Below, piece after piece: positions 34,857 through 47,747 of a stretch of DNA of 64,000 nt. The stretch comes from Massalongia carnosa (lineage: Eukaryota). A program made the translations under genes and the position numbers. Numbering within the stretch: position 1 is the stretch's first letter; each line of letters opens with the position of its first letter. The notes beneath the pieces are model-generated. The model was not told where the DNA came from, made no database searches, and saw only the letters and a list, made by a program, of their open reading frames with translations. The stretch lies in assembly GCA_965645245.1 (NCBI GenBank), contig OZ287070.1:992001-1056000 (forward strand). Reading direction: 5' to 3'.

Positions 34857-37800
34857 ATGCCTCGTCGCGAATATCAGGATGATGGACGGAGACTATGATG
34901 CTCGACGAAGGTCATGTTTTGAAAAAGAGAAGAAAGCATAAACCATCGACACTGCTTCAACCGTTCCAGCAGTAAGCCTTCTTCATATCAGTCTGAATAA
35001 ACCCGACCTTGATGATTTCAGTTTTCAGGGTCCTCCTCTTGTGGAAAAGACATTGATTGTTCCAGCATCCACTGTTCAGAGCAGTGTCCCACGGGTCAAC
35101 CCACTGCCTTCCATAAGTCAACCGATAGACTCCCCTAGCCACGGGTCTACACAAGCCGGTTCTTCATACCAACACAGTTCTGTACATATTCATGAGAAGC
35201 AAAAGCAGATCCAGAGTTCAGAACGAATGACAATGGCGCAAAAGAAGCGAACCATAGAGAATCTCAATAAAATCCAACCATCGTCTAACCAAGTTCCTGA
35301 ACAACACGTTCAAGACAATTTGCCAGCCGATATAGAGACGGTATTCGATCAAAATAGTGATTATTAGCGGGAAACTGATGAAGAGTTTCAAAACGTTCAT
35401 ACTCGGCCTGCTTCAATCGCTGATACATCGGCCTTTGCTGTCAGCTTAATTTCTTCAAATGCTATCATGACATTGCCATCCAATCAACTCTCGGAATTTG
35501 ATATATAAAGCACAGACACCGGTGAGTCTTTCAACGAGTTTGCCCCTTCTGCTCCTGAAAGCACGATTGATGATGAGATCCGGGTGCCCTCCCGCCCAGT
35601 ACGAGGAGAAATATCGGATTTCTGCCTGGCTCTCGGTCTCTGGTGCGATAAAGAAGGCATCAAGCGACGCACCTATGATGGCCTGCTCGAAGTTTTGCAA
35701 TTGCTAGACACTCATGAAGTGCGAAATTTGCCAAAGCGACTATCAACTTTGCATTCCTGGTGCCGTAAGCGCCTTCCCCTTCCATCCATTCAGAAGGCAG
35801 CGGTATCAGTACGACGAGAAAAATAACCCACCGGAACACCAAGACCGGCTCAAGCCAACGTCTATTACTTCGATGCTCGAATTATTATCAGTATCTTACT
35901 TTCAGCCACAACTCAACGAAACATTCATATCGGTATGGCAGAGATCGTTGATAGTCCTTCGGAATACTGGCATTCAAACAGTTGGGGTTCTTCTATTCGT
36001 ACATGTTCCACTGATTTTGCGAGATTTCCCGATTCATCCCGTATTTTCCCCTCTGACATTGTGCAGTATCGCTGTGGCAATGATAAATGTGGGATTATTC
36101 ATGACAGTCACTGCGGACAGGTCATATTTTTTGGACGTGATCAAAGATCGCGATCTTTGACCCTAGGTCAAACTCTTGTCAGGATTCGTCCTTTGATAAA
36201 TAGAAAGAACGTCAACGAATAATTCAGTTCCGGTCACGTTTGACTGGCCCGAAGATCAGTTGCTTTTGATAGAAGACGCGGATCAAGATGTCTTATCCGA
36301 GCATATTCTAGCTCGCCGTTTCGATGTTGCAATTTGTAGGAATGATCAGGTACGGTCTACAGCGCCTCTCTTAGTTCATCAGATATTCAACGTCACGCGA
36401 GGAGATCTTAGATCAATCAATCTTTCATCACCGATCCGAGCGGAATTAGAATTAGAAGTCTTTGGTCGAGAGTACCTAATCTCACAGCTAATTAAAGGAG
36501 TTCAGTCATATCCCCTTGTCATTTTCATCGACGATTTCGGGTTATATCGAAACATGTATCGTTCCATCACTGGTGTCTATGCCATGCCAGCAGGCTTGCC
36601 CGTCTCGGAACGTCAAAAGAGTTTTAATGCTTACACCATTGCTCTTGGCCCGCACGGATCCGAGTTTAATGATGTGATGAACTGTCTTCATACCAGTTTG
36701 GGAAACATGGATCGTGGTTGCATTCTTGAAATCAATGGACATAAACAAGCGGCTTGGGCCCCGATTCTAGCATATCTTGGTGATATGAAGCAGCAGCAAG
36801 CCTCCGGAGGGTTTCTTGGGCTACGTGCCAACTATTGTTGTCGCTTTTGTGATGCGGGCCTCCATAATCGAGGAGATTTGCAGCGGGATATTCTACTTCA
36901 TGGTCGTTATCATCATGAGGTGTTTACTATACGAAAAAAAAGTCTAGCAATAAAAGGAAAGACAAAGAGACTGGCATATCTTACACGAAATGGGCTCAAA
37001 CCCGAATCTTCTGCGCTTCAGACATTAACCCCGGCGCTTGATCTTATCATGAGTTGTCCACCGGATCCGGCTCATAGCGAGTATTACGGACTAGTACGAA
37101 GATTGTACCCTTTTCTTTACACGAAAATACTCACGAAACGAGCTGCTGAAGAGTTTACAGCTGCCTTGCACTGTTTTCCGTTTCCACCTGGCTGGGGCCG
37201 AATACAGTCTCCGGCTATTCATATGGCCTCATGGAGTATGAGCGAATGCGCTCGTGCCTCAGTCGTAATACCTCTACTTTTTCGCTGTTGGTTAAGAAAC
37301 CGTCATGTACGACAGCCTTTTCGAAATGGATTGAAAGTTCAGATTCCTAAAGAACGTCGCCATTGCGCTTCAGATGAAGATTTGATAGTGTTTTGCTTTG
37401 GGAAACTCGCATGGAGTAACACGTTAATCTCGTCTTTCGAATTATTCCTCAAAGATCGTCAAGAATTTCACAGTCAAATCGTCAATGCTCAACAATGTTT
37501 TCTAGGTCTGATGAATGCAGCACAAAATCCAAAATGACAAGAAAAGAAGAAAGACAACGAGAAAAGTGAGTCTGTCACTGAGGAGTTATCTTTCAGTTCT
37601 AGACGAGCATCGATTTCTGAAACATCCATAAACTCCCTTATTGCTGATACAGACACTCCATTTGAAGAGGCGTCCGTTGGTAATCTTGTGTCAGATCCCG
37701 ACATGAGACTTTCTGCATCAGTGACTACTCGGAATGGCGAGGCCGATAAGCTGTCAAACTTTCATATCGGTATGCATTTCGAAAGAGTCATGCAGGAGTA

Positions 37801-38680
37801 TGGTGTTCTGTGGAACGTTAATGTTCTCTTTGGAGAAGACAAACATCGCTTTTTTAAGCAAGCCGTATTGTCAAAAAATCATCGAAAGCCAGAGCGACAG
37901 CTTTTAGTGAAAGCCGCTATCATCTTCACTGTCGTCGCTCTTTTGAATGGCTCATTTCGTCATACCGATCCGGAGATCACTCTGCAAATGATTCGTTTGA
38001 AGCGGAACTGCCCGGCTCTCCTTGAAAGTCTATTATTCCACGGGGATCGCCCACAAACAGACGATCAGGAGTCGACAAATAATTTTCTATTAGAATCTCC
38101 CTCACAATTAAAACCTGCAGTGCGGGCAAAGCTCAAACTTTCCTATGCACAAAATCAAGGTCTTCCTATCAGAATAACCAACTCCACAGAGCTCCGATTT
38201 AGGCAACTGATGCAGACTGCTATGACCGGGTATGGCCTTAATGGCGTTCAATGGGGAAACAAGCTTTTGTACTGGTATGAACAATGCTCCTTTACTGTCA
38301 GGTCAACCGGCAAACGTTTCTCATTGCATATTGGCGACTTTCTTCGACTCCGCTCTGGCACATATGCTCAGCTTCGACAAATTTAAACTCACTGTCTACC
38401 ATTTGAGAATATTCAGCAAGTGTTCCTTTAGATTCGACTGCTAAAGACCGCTTCCTATAAAGACGAGGTCCTAAATTTGAGCATCTTTCAACTGACAGAC
38501 ACGGATAGAGTGATCCCGTTATTCTTTGTTGATCCAGATAAGATCTACATTGTTCCTGTTAATCGTACGCTCGATAAGCCAGTATCCTCACATGTCGTCG
38601 TGTCGACAATAAGTTCAAACAGTTACAAAGAATCAGATATGGATTTATTACATTGTACATGGGGAGTCAACTTTTTGTAA
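34857..38680 (+). pseudogene. CACTA/EnSpm (Transposase_21-like) DDE transposase pseudogene
   Basis: FIDDFGLYRNMYRSITGVY...GLPVSER...LGPHGS...YLGDMKQQ...G...NYCCRFC...DPAHSEYYG...FPPGWGRI...GEDKHRFFK parallels the CMC pattern D..S...Y...LP...R...GP...D...G...CxxC...DxxH...E; split by several stops and frameshifts. Confidence 0.72.
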
Positions 38681-39239
38681 AAAAAATAGTCATGACGACT
38701 GAACTGATGTTGTGTGAATTTAGGACAACAATTTCGCTAGCCCCAAAGATCAACGTTGATCTTCATTTCACTTAATCTATCCTCTTTCATCTTTACCTTT
38801 CTACTCATCTTTACCTTCCTTCCTATCCGTCATTGATTTATTCTTTCAATCCTGTTGCTCATTCCTTCTTCATCTGAGTACTACTATCGATCTCTTCTCG
38901 ATCATCAGTTCTTAAACCGGTATGATCGCCTGACTTGATTTTGAGATACAACCTCATCACACATTACACTAGCACAGGTTTCAGCCTCTACTTATCCACA
39001 TCATGAAAGAAAATGTTTATTCCTTATGATATCTTCATCTAAAGCTTTTAACTTATCTTTTTTCAGGCGATCCCGATCACGCCTAGAAAAACGAGGAGAG
39101 CAGTAAAGAAGGGTACAGATAAGAAGATGACGAATGAGAACTTGGAAACTCATGCCAAGTTTTTCAAGAATGAGCCATATCGAGAAGAAGAAGCAGCGGA
39201 GTCCCAATGAGTACATAGAGCTCACGCCCGATTGACTTA

Positions 39240-41066
39240 TCCTTCATATCGATATGAATCTGAGGAGCAACTAAAAGCTAATGTATGAATGCAGGGAATT
39301 TGTTCAAGTCATAAAAGATTGAAAGGGCAAGAAGACGGAGAAACCACAAATCACAGCTATTCAGAAAGCTGGAGCCGATAATTTCTCACACATCATAGCA
39401 CCATTATGACATTTAACTCTCGCGAGTGCCTCCCTTCTTCTCAGCAGACTCGACCGCATGCTTCGAAAAATAGGTCATAACACCTTGATCAACGATATCA
39501 ACCGATTTCGAGCAAAAGGCGTGACTGCTCATCATATCATTAATCTTGTGAAACGAGGAGACTCTGATGTTACTACTGGTTCGGAAAAACTCAAATTTCT
39601 GACCTACGGTGCTCCCACCATGAGATACATACTATATCAAATTCATGCTTATGTGTTACCTCATACCATTACGGACTAGCCACGCAAGCTGTTGATTACA
39701 GGAGATGTACTACTCAACGCCTTTTTCTGGGATAGTGTGTAATTTTGCATACGTGGAGACCGAAGTGTTAAACGCTTGATTGACGGATTTAGAGCGCGTG
39801 AATCTTGTCAAAAGATTCAACGATCCTAAAGATTCCCTGCTGATTTTGATAATAATGTATCAGGTGTCGGCACAAGGAGTAAATCTCGATCGATGTTGTT
39901 GTCGGGTTTTAGTGGCAACGCCAGCCATCAATGCACCTTCAGAAATTCAGGCTTGGTCTCGAGTAATTCGGGTATGTTATCTGAAAAGAGCGTGAAATTC
40001 CTTCGTACCGATACGAAAGACTAATCGTTGCATTTTCATGCAGGTTTCTCAAACTGAGCTGGTGTTGGTTGTTCGAGTTATGACAAAGAACTCACATGAT
40101 CAATATCGAGACTCCAAGCAAACAGACAAGGCCGTGGTGGACTTAGCCACTCGATCCTTTTCGTCAGAGGTGCAGAACCTGCTTGTCGACTTATTGAATG
40201 AGTCGAATAAATACGTCAAAGAGGCACACGAGAGTCAGAGGGGACACGAGATTCTGAAGGAAACGAATTTGCTTCCCACAGAGGATTCAAATAATCCGAT
40301 GAATGTCAAGTTTGACGAGGAGACCGGCGGTAGATTAGCTATCACGGTGCAAGATTCAATGAGCATTGATCTCGAAAGTACAGTCACGAATCCTGCACCC
40401 CGAAAACGTCAGAGACCTGACAGATTCGCGGATAAAATGCTGCAAGACGACGAAGAATCCGAGATGACATCGAATGATAATGATGCTTTTCAAAGTGATG
40501 AAGACGGAGATGAGATAAATGCCTTGAAAGATATTGTTTTGAAGACGACAACGACCAAGAAGTTGAGACAAAATTACAGCAAACTAGCTTCAATCGAGCA
40601 GGAGCAATACAACCAAGATGAAATGAACTTGCGACACTTGTTGAGCTTGTCACCGACAAGAATCTACACTGTCGAGGACTTAAGACGTTGAAATACTTGA
40701 TCGAGCGTTGAGGCTACTCTTTCATGCTCGGTTTGATTAAGATCAGCAATATATGAGGATTAGTCCTCACGTCACTTACGATAAATTACCAAGCAAAGTG
40801 TCGAATGCCATCAAAGCTAAATTGCGGGTGGAAGAACAACATGTCAAGCAATGTTTGAGCATACTCAATGCTGCTGGAGTTTTGTGAGAATTCTTCCCAT
40901 TCTGCTGACAATGATGATGCAACTACAGCTAGCAGACGATAGACAACCTAGAGTCATGCCAAAGCAGACTTTCATGGAGAAGCCGTTTCCGAGAAGGCCA
41001 TTTCCGAGAAGAAAGTCCCCAAGAAGGACGTCTCCGAGAAGGACGTTTCCGAGAAGGCCGTTTTAG
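39240..41066 (+). pseudogene. SNF2-family helicase C-terminal (HELICc) domain pseudogene; intron 39972-40043; start uncertain
   Basis: RKLLI...ERVNLVKRFND...LILIIMYQVSAQGVNLDRCC..VLVATPAINAPSEIQAWSRVIR|VSQTELVLVVRVMTKNSHD fits the SNF2 pattern GxNL...N...E.QA..R..R.GQ...V.V.R. Confidence 0.72.
40977..41065 (+). repeat. 15-bp tandem repeat (GAGAAGGNCGTTTCC), ~6 copies
   Basis: Read directly; one frame gives EKAISEKKVPKKDVSEKDVSEKAVLE. Confidence 0.85.
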
Positions 41067-42528
41067 AAATCTCCTCTGGAATCTCCTCAGGCGAGAAGGG
41101 TTTGTCAGGTCAGAACAGCTGAGTTTTGCCGACACTCTCCATCATAAATTCGGTGATTGATCTATCGCATTCAAACTTGTATGAAAGAACTGAGACTAAT
41201 TTATTTATTGCGTCAGGCTGCCCTTTCTTCTAAATGTCCGCTTGGTACGTTGTGTTCTCTGTGCATATTGCAATTCAAGCTAATAGTCTTATTCTTTAGG
41301 TCCTCAAGGCACGTTTCTTATCTGCCTTGTTTCATCGGTTTCATACATGTTGTGAGAGGAGGTACGGGAATGACTCGATGGAGCCATTCAAGACTAGATC
41401 GTGCGAGACAGCAACGAGAATTGGAAACATGGCATGAGAATGATAGCATTCATAGAGCTGTAAAGTAGAAGCTGTCACTAAATCAATAACTTGTTTCCCT
41501 AATCATCATTTGGGCGAAAACAGCATGTGAACTCGAATACAACTCAGCTGTAACGGGGTCGCATGAACATGATATCTCTTTTATAGGATTGTTTTCTGAT
41601 CGTTTTATCCGGAATACGATCTTGAAGATCTTGAGATCTTGTCAAAACTGAGACGATCTTTAAATCATTGTCAGATGCTCTTTAATGGAAGGCACTGTTC
41701 ATACCAATATGAATGTTCACTGAGATATATCCTTTTCAAGACTATCGTATTTCTCAAATGATATCAGACTTTATATGATCTGCAGATATTTCTCACCAAA
41801 CACAAGCAGAATTTTAAGCTATCTTACACGTGCAGGACAATGTTGAATCATCTCAAAAAACATGGCATCTAATTCCGGGATGACACCCCACGATAATGGT
41901 TGAAAGTTTCGTGGTTTTGTTAGTTCCGAATAAGCGGGTGTTCCGAATACAGGTGAATTACGTTAAACAATATTTCTATTTTCGTATTCGTTTGATAATA
42001 CGCCGCACAACGGCTTAGGATAAACCCGCCGGTTTACTCAACTCGTTAGATTTAGGTCGGGTCGGGTTCGAGAAATCTAAATCCAATTCAATCGTTCAAT
42101 TCGATTAATTTTTTTACAAGTAAATTTACTTCTCATTGGCTGGTTGGAAACTTTTACGTGCATTTTCATACCTTACGTTACAGGGTACATTAACATTTTG
42201 GAAATTTCTCATGGGTACCTAGGTCCTAACTTGCTTGTCGCCTTGATTGAAATATGAGGCTCAAAGGGTTCGTCCCAGCATTCGTACCCGTGCACTTCAG
42301 CTCAGAAATCCGAAGTCAGCGTTTGCGGCTGAGGCTGCTCTAGTCCTGCAACTAACTGCCAAAATTATCCATCCCTCCCTCCATTCTGATTAATTTATTC
42401 CATCTTCCAACTATAAATGCTTGCCAGATGCTTCATGCATGATAATTGCTTTGCGGTTTATTTGCCCTGTTGCGCGCAGGTTTTGGGCCTGCAGTTTTCC
42501 TATTATGGCTGCCTGAGCGTAAGAAGCC

Positions 42529-44086
42529 ATGACGGCCCAACAGCCTCACACCAGGTTTGGTTTGCACGTCGAAACTTCCCCACCGCCTCATCAAGGCCAC
42601 AAAACCCCATGGGAGGAGCAGAATGAAGAAGCTCGCATTACCTTTCACAAAACCCTTGATGGCCATTACCGAAACGGCCAGACGGGCTACAAAAGAGTCG
42701 CGTGCCTCTTTCTCACTTGGAAGGATGATGACTTGCAGTGTAAAGAGACGGAGGTTTGCGCTCAATTCTCTTAATATCAGCTCATTGACTAACTCGACTG
42801 GATGTAGGTGGACACCCTGAGGGATTTCTTCGCGAACCAGTTCCAATTCGAGACCGACTACTTCGAGATTCCTTCGGAAAGATGGCAAACCGCGCTTCAA
42901 CGGAAACTTAGCGACTTCGTCTGGCAGTATGATAGTCCGGACTGTATGGTGATAATATATTATGGTGGACATGGTTATATTGGCACCGAGACTGGTGAAC
43001 TGAAATTCTCAGCGTATGTTCAATTCTTTAGCGCTCTCCGCTTCATTCGTCAGAAGCGTGACGTCTACATGTATCTGCAAGCGGTACTGGCGGAAATGCC
43101 GTTGGTGCTTCAATGCTAACCACCTTGACATTAGGAAATGGGCAGCTGATGGCGATGGAGATCCGACTGTCTTCTTCAAAGACGTTCTTACCTGTCTTCG
43201 GCTGCCCGCCTGTGATCAGCTTCTCATCGTTGATTGCTGCTTTGCCGCAAAAGCCTTTGTTCGCCAGCATATTGGCAAACGCAAATTCGAACTTCTCACA
43301 TCTGCCGGGCCTCGGGAGAAAGTGCCATCGCCGAAGATGCCAGGATCATTCACCAAGTGTCTCAACGAGGTGCTAAAGAAGCTTCTATCCAGCCACCCTC
43401 GTGGTTTCTCTACCTCTCACTTGTATCGCGAATTATATCATGCTATCCCATTCCAACCAGAAAATCTACCAAGACCGCTCCTTTTCGATCAAGCACGTCA
43501 TAGTTACGGGAAGATATGGCTTCGTCCTCAACAAGTAGCATATGCCCCTCCAAAGGCGAATGAAGAAGACCGGAGCACACATCTCAAACTGACGCTTCGA
43601 CTTAATTCGGAGCCAGATAACGTCCTGATGAACGAACTTGCTATGGCGCTTCAATATCTTCCACATGTTGACCAAGTACGGTTCGATAGCCTTTATGCAC
43701 CGAAACGACAGATTGAAAGCTTCATGAAGCTCATCATGCAAACCCAAAAACTTCGTCCATTGATCAGGAAGTTGCACGCAAAACGACGGCTTAAGAAGGT
43801 TATGGCAATAAATCAAGATGAACCGGTCAAAAGCCCACCAAGTATGGTGAAAATGCTCCTTGAGCAGGAGCAGAAGAACCAGTCCCTTTGTGATTGGAGC
43901 AGCGCAATCAAGGAGGATGGACCAAGTCCAAGACCAAAAGGACTCGCTCTGGTCGGTATGTTTAAAATTTCATCGGACACTCATTCCTGGAGAAGGCATC
44001 TTCACAGCGACGAGACATGGCATGTGATGATGTGGATCGCAACGTTTTTGGGGTTGGGGTCTTTATGTTTTGTGATGAAAGAGTAA
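42529..44086 (+). CDS. Caspase-like (clan CD) protease-domain protein with C-terminal hydrophobic helix; exons 42529-42753, 42808-43013, 43135-44086
   Basis: GYKRVACLFLTWKDDDL, IIYYGGHG (His), LLIVDCCFAA (Cys), FELLTS, GSFTKCL; canonical introns keep the frame; ends VMMWIATFLGLGSLCFVMKE. Confidence 0.78.
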
Positions 44087-44395
44087 TTGTAATGAAATGA
44101 TTTACGCGGGTCGGGATGGTGTTCACTTTGGTGGGGGGTAAATGGGTTTTTGGGTTCAACCGTTTTCTTCGCATTTCTCTTGAAATCGACATTGCCAGCG
44201 GAGTGTAAGGCTAGATACACTGTACGATTAGATTTTTCACTTCATCCTTCTGTCGGCTACCTATAATCAATACTCGAGGATCCACGTAGGACTGGCTTAG
44301 GATCTCATGCGACTTGTGGATGCATATTTTTGTGCGAGCTTCTCAGCCGAGCAGAAAATCCGTCAGCGTGTCATATGATATTCCTGACGCTTGCG

Positions 44396-45537
44396 CCATT
44401 CTTCAGCCTTAAGAAAGCCAGGGCGATTATTGGAGCCGCAGGGATTCTTGCATAAACTTGCATAAACTTGGAACGGATGTTCCCTCGCCATGCACGATGT
44501 CGGCGAACCGCAGTAATGTACGGAGTAACTACTCTGTAGGTCATGGACTGACAGCCTTATGGGTTGCCTGGAACCGCTGCCTTTCAGCCCCATAGCAACT
44601 TGGACATATGACAGATGGTGACATATAAACCCGTCGTACCCTTAGTATTCACCGCCTCAGAAACACACATTTCCTCATTCAACAGCCTTCTCGATATAAT
44701 TGATCACGATCGATCGCCATGACTAAAGATTCTGCCCAGGTGAGCAACCACTTACCAGGCAAGTGTTGACCAATCGGTGTAGCCTAACCTGATTCATGCG
44801 CAGGGCGCCACATGCACGCAAATCAATCCGCTCTATCCTGAATTGAGGTCTCACGTTGACAGGAGGCCAGAAGAGCTGATACCTCAGGTAAGCACCGCAT
44901 TGGCATTGACCCCGAATGGGGCAATCGGTCAAATCCGAGTTACTACACAAAAGAGCATGACTGATTCCGGCGCTGTTGTATAGATTGCGGATATGGGCTA
45001 TGTTGTAGGCACGGAGGTTCAGGTTGACGGGCCCAGAGGAAAAAGCAATGTATTTACGATCGGGGAGGTTGTGGGGAATGGGTGGTATCGACTGAGGGAT
45101 GGCTCGAAGCTTTTGCCCAAGCTGTTTGCAGAAGAGGATTTGATTAAGGTGAGGAGGACTTGATTTGGGGACGGTTGAATCCTGTCACTGAAAATGGTCA
45201 CGGAACTGGGTTTGCGGCTTTTACGAATCTTCTAGGATGATTAGGGGAGTAATGGATGGGAGCTGGAAGTTGGTTTTCTGACATGTCTTATTTTGGATGG
45301 CTCGGATTGTTTTCCTCACCTGCCTCATACTGTATCACCTCTTTGCCCGCCTGGCAGTTACATTATCAGTAGTTATTTGGGCGTCGCGATGAAAGTGATA
45401 CTTTTAATGTCTCAAGATTCCAGGAATTACCGCCAACAAATGCCGGGTTTTCAGCTGAGGCACAACCAATCTTCCCGATAAAAGACGCTCCATTCTTCAG
45501 CCTTAAGAAAGCCAGGGCGATTATTGGAGCCGCAGGG
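44396..45537 (+). repeat. Perfect 48-bp direct repeat at 44396-44443 and 45490-45537
   Basis: CCATTCTTCAGCCTTAAGAAAGCCAGGGCGATTATTGGAGCCGCAGGG occurs twice, 1094 bp apart. Confidence 0.9.
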
Positions 45538-45793
45538 GTTGATCCGGGAAGGCAGAGAGACATGACAGGGTGATAAGCGATGTTGCATATGGGCACAGCC
45601 ACCCAAGGCGCATCTTACCCGACACGTTCAGCCTTCGCGTGCAGTCCCGAGTAGAAAATGATATCTAGAAAATGATATCTAGAATGCGGTGAACCTTTGT
45701 GATTTCCATCTGATCCAGCATCTCTTCCATGGTGCATGTGAGCCCTGTGAGTCTACTGCCGCTACGGAACTATTTTTAATCCTATTTTTAAAC

Positions 45794-47747
45794 ATGGTTG
45801 GCATGCCTCTAGCCACCCCGCCGTCAACGGCGGCAACATCGCCTACTCTTCCGACGTCTCCAACCGGTGATTGCGTGATTGATATTGGAAAAGATCCTGA
45901 GAAGGCTGGTTGTGATGAAAAGAGATTGGAAGCCGACGAGAGCAGAGCGGCAGTGGGAGAGGGTTCGTGGCAATTCAGCCCTACGGCATTACCGCCTGGA
46001 TGGAGGCCACCCGAACTGATAGAGGCAGATTCCGTGAATACGAATTTTCAAACTAAATTTAAAACTTTTTGGAGAAAACAATCCTTTTCGGCATCATTAC
46101 CGCAGGTTCCATGGCGACGGCGGAAATCAGATGGGAGGGAGAAGTTGGTGCAGCGCAGTATGTCAGGCATCACCGATATACCTGGACCTATACTCACCCA
46201 ATTCAGTCGATGATCACCCAAGGGGATACCCTCAGTTGGCAGCTTTCATCGACAGCGACGAAAACTTCCTCATGTGCAGACGATTTGGATTTTTGCATTC
46301 TCGGGTCCTCCTCTACCGCCAGGACGAATTGACGAAATTAGAAAAGAATCTGATTGCCATGGACGAGGAAGATAATGAAATCTACCCATTGGCCTTGTTA
46401 TCAAGGAAAACAGATGACGCACGGGACGAGGAATTTTCACGGAAATCTCTCATTAATACGATTGATAAAAAGCTAAAAGAATACGGTAATTCCATCGAAA
46501 TCAATGATATTCGAGCAACAGTCTAAAGAGCTTCTAGACGATATTGTTCAAAGAATCAAATCATTTGGATCCTTGAGGAAACCGTCGAACCGAAACTACA
46601 ACAGTTTTGTATCCTGGATCGTCAACACGAAGCCTTTAAGTCGCGAAGAAATGATCTTTGTAAAACACAGCGAAGATTTTGTTGCATTAGCGGACAGCCA
46701 AGAAGGCGGTTGGCTCGACGGATTTGTTGAGGATTGCCTAAGCTATCTCCCACACCAATTTGCGCAGGTAAGCTTCCCCTCCTCCAGGCTCTCTTTATCC
46801 CTTCTTCAGCCTCATGCATCGTTTCCATGTTTCTTATACCCTTGCAGACATTCCTCTCCAGTCCGGAACAGCGAAGCAAGAGCGACGACGCCTACGTGCA
46901 TCTATATTCGAAATACCGCATTGATGTCCTTGTGCGGCTGATTTTGACCATCATCACCGTGCTACTTCTGATGGCACCTACAGCGCTGCTGTTCCGTGTG
47001 CCGGGACAGTGGCCCCTCAAGATTTCGCTGATCATTCTCTTCACGCTGCTATTTAGCGCCGCGCTAGGCGTTTTTACGAAAGCCAAGCGGCACGAGATGT
47101 TTGCTGCCTCTGCTGCGTAAGTTGATATTTACCTTTTCATGCTGCTGGCGGATGAACTGCAGAGGTTATATTTCCGTGATCAGTTCTCATACGTCGTGGA
47201 CTGTACAAAGAAATGTCTTATCGAAATTGTACTATATTTCTACACTTTGCGGAATAAGTCTCGTTGGTCTTTTTAAAAGATCTTCAAATGTTATCCTTGA
47301 GCGGTGGTCAATAGAACACCAACATTGTATTTGCCAAGATGAATGCATAAGTTTTGAAACCCTGCCTAACATAATACATTTGTCTTCTTCGGAACCCTCT
47401 TCGACCTTCCGCGCTGTGGATATTTTTATTCGTCTATCTCCATCAAGTTTGTCTCCTGGGGTGTCTTTCGTTTCCAATCTCCAGTTCTTCCTAACAACCT
47501 TTCTCTTCGGCTTTTTCTTTTTCAACCTCTACAAGCTCTTTCGTCCGAATTTCCCTATTGCCGATCTTGCTTGCCGTTTGATCACCCTCTTTCTCCTGCG
47601 TGCCCTGTCCACGAGCATCTCACTGTATTTTAAAAGCCTCTGCTTCATTACCAATGTCCACCTTCGCCATACCATTACTGATGCTTCAAGATTAGCTACT
47701 GTGCAATCCTCGTCGTTTTTCTCGGCAATCTCAGCCCCACAAACTAG
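45794..47747 (+). CDS. DUF6594-type membrane protein; exons 45794-46157, 46207-46485, 46538-46767, 46848-47116, 47696-47747
   Basis: GYPQLAAFIDSDENFLMCRRFGFLHSRVLLYRQDELTKLE, DFVAL, three C-terminal hydrophobic helices ending HEMFAASAAYCAILVVFLGN; GT-AG introns. Confidence 0.85.

Larger units (their letters stand above)
33373..41864. mobile_element. Putative decayed CACTA/EnSpm (CMC)-like element with three genes; boundaries uncertain
   Basis: Clusters of TCTTGAGA/TCTCAAGA-like motifs near both ends and weak inverted similarity between 33373-33401 and 41839-41864; encloses transposase, accessory and helicase-C pseudogenes. Confidence 0.45.

Noticed and set aside
41920..42110. GTTCCGAATA repeat and GGTCGGGTCGGGTTCG motifs resembling pogo/hAT end remnants
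   Set aside because: No partner terminus or TSD found in the window
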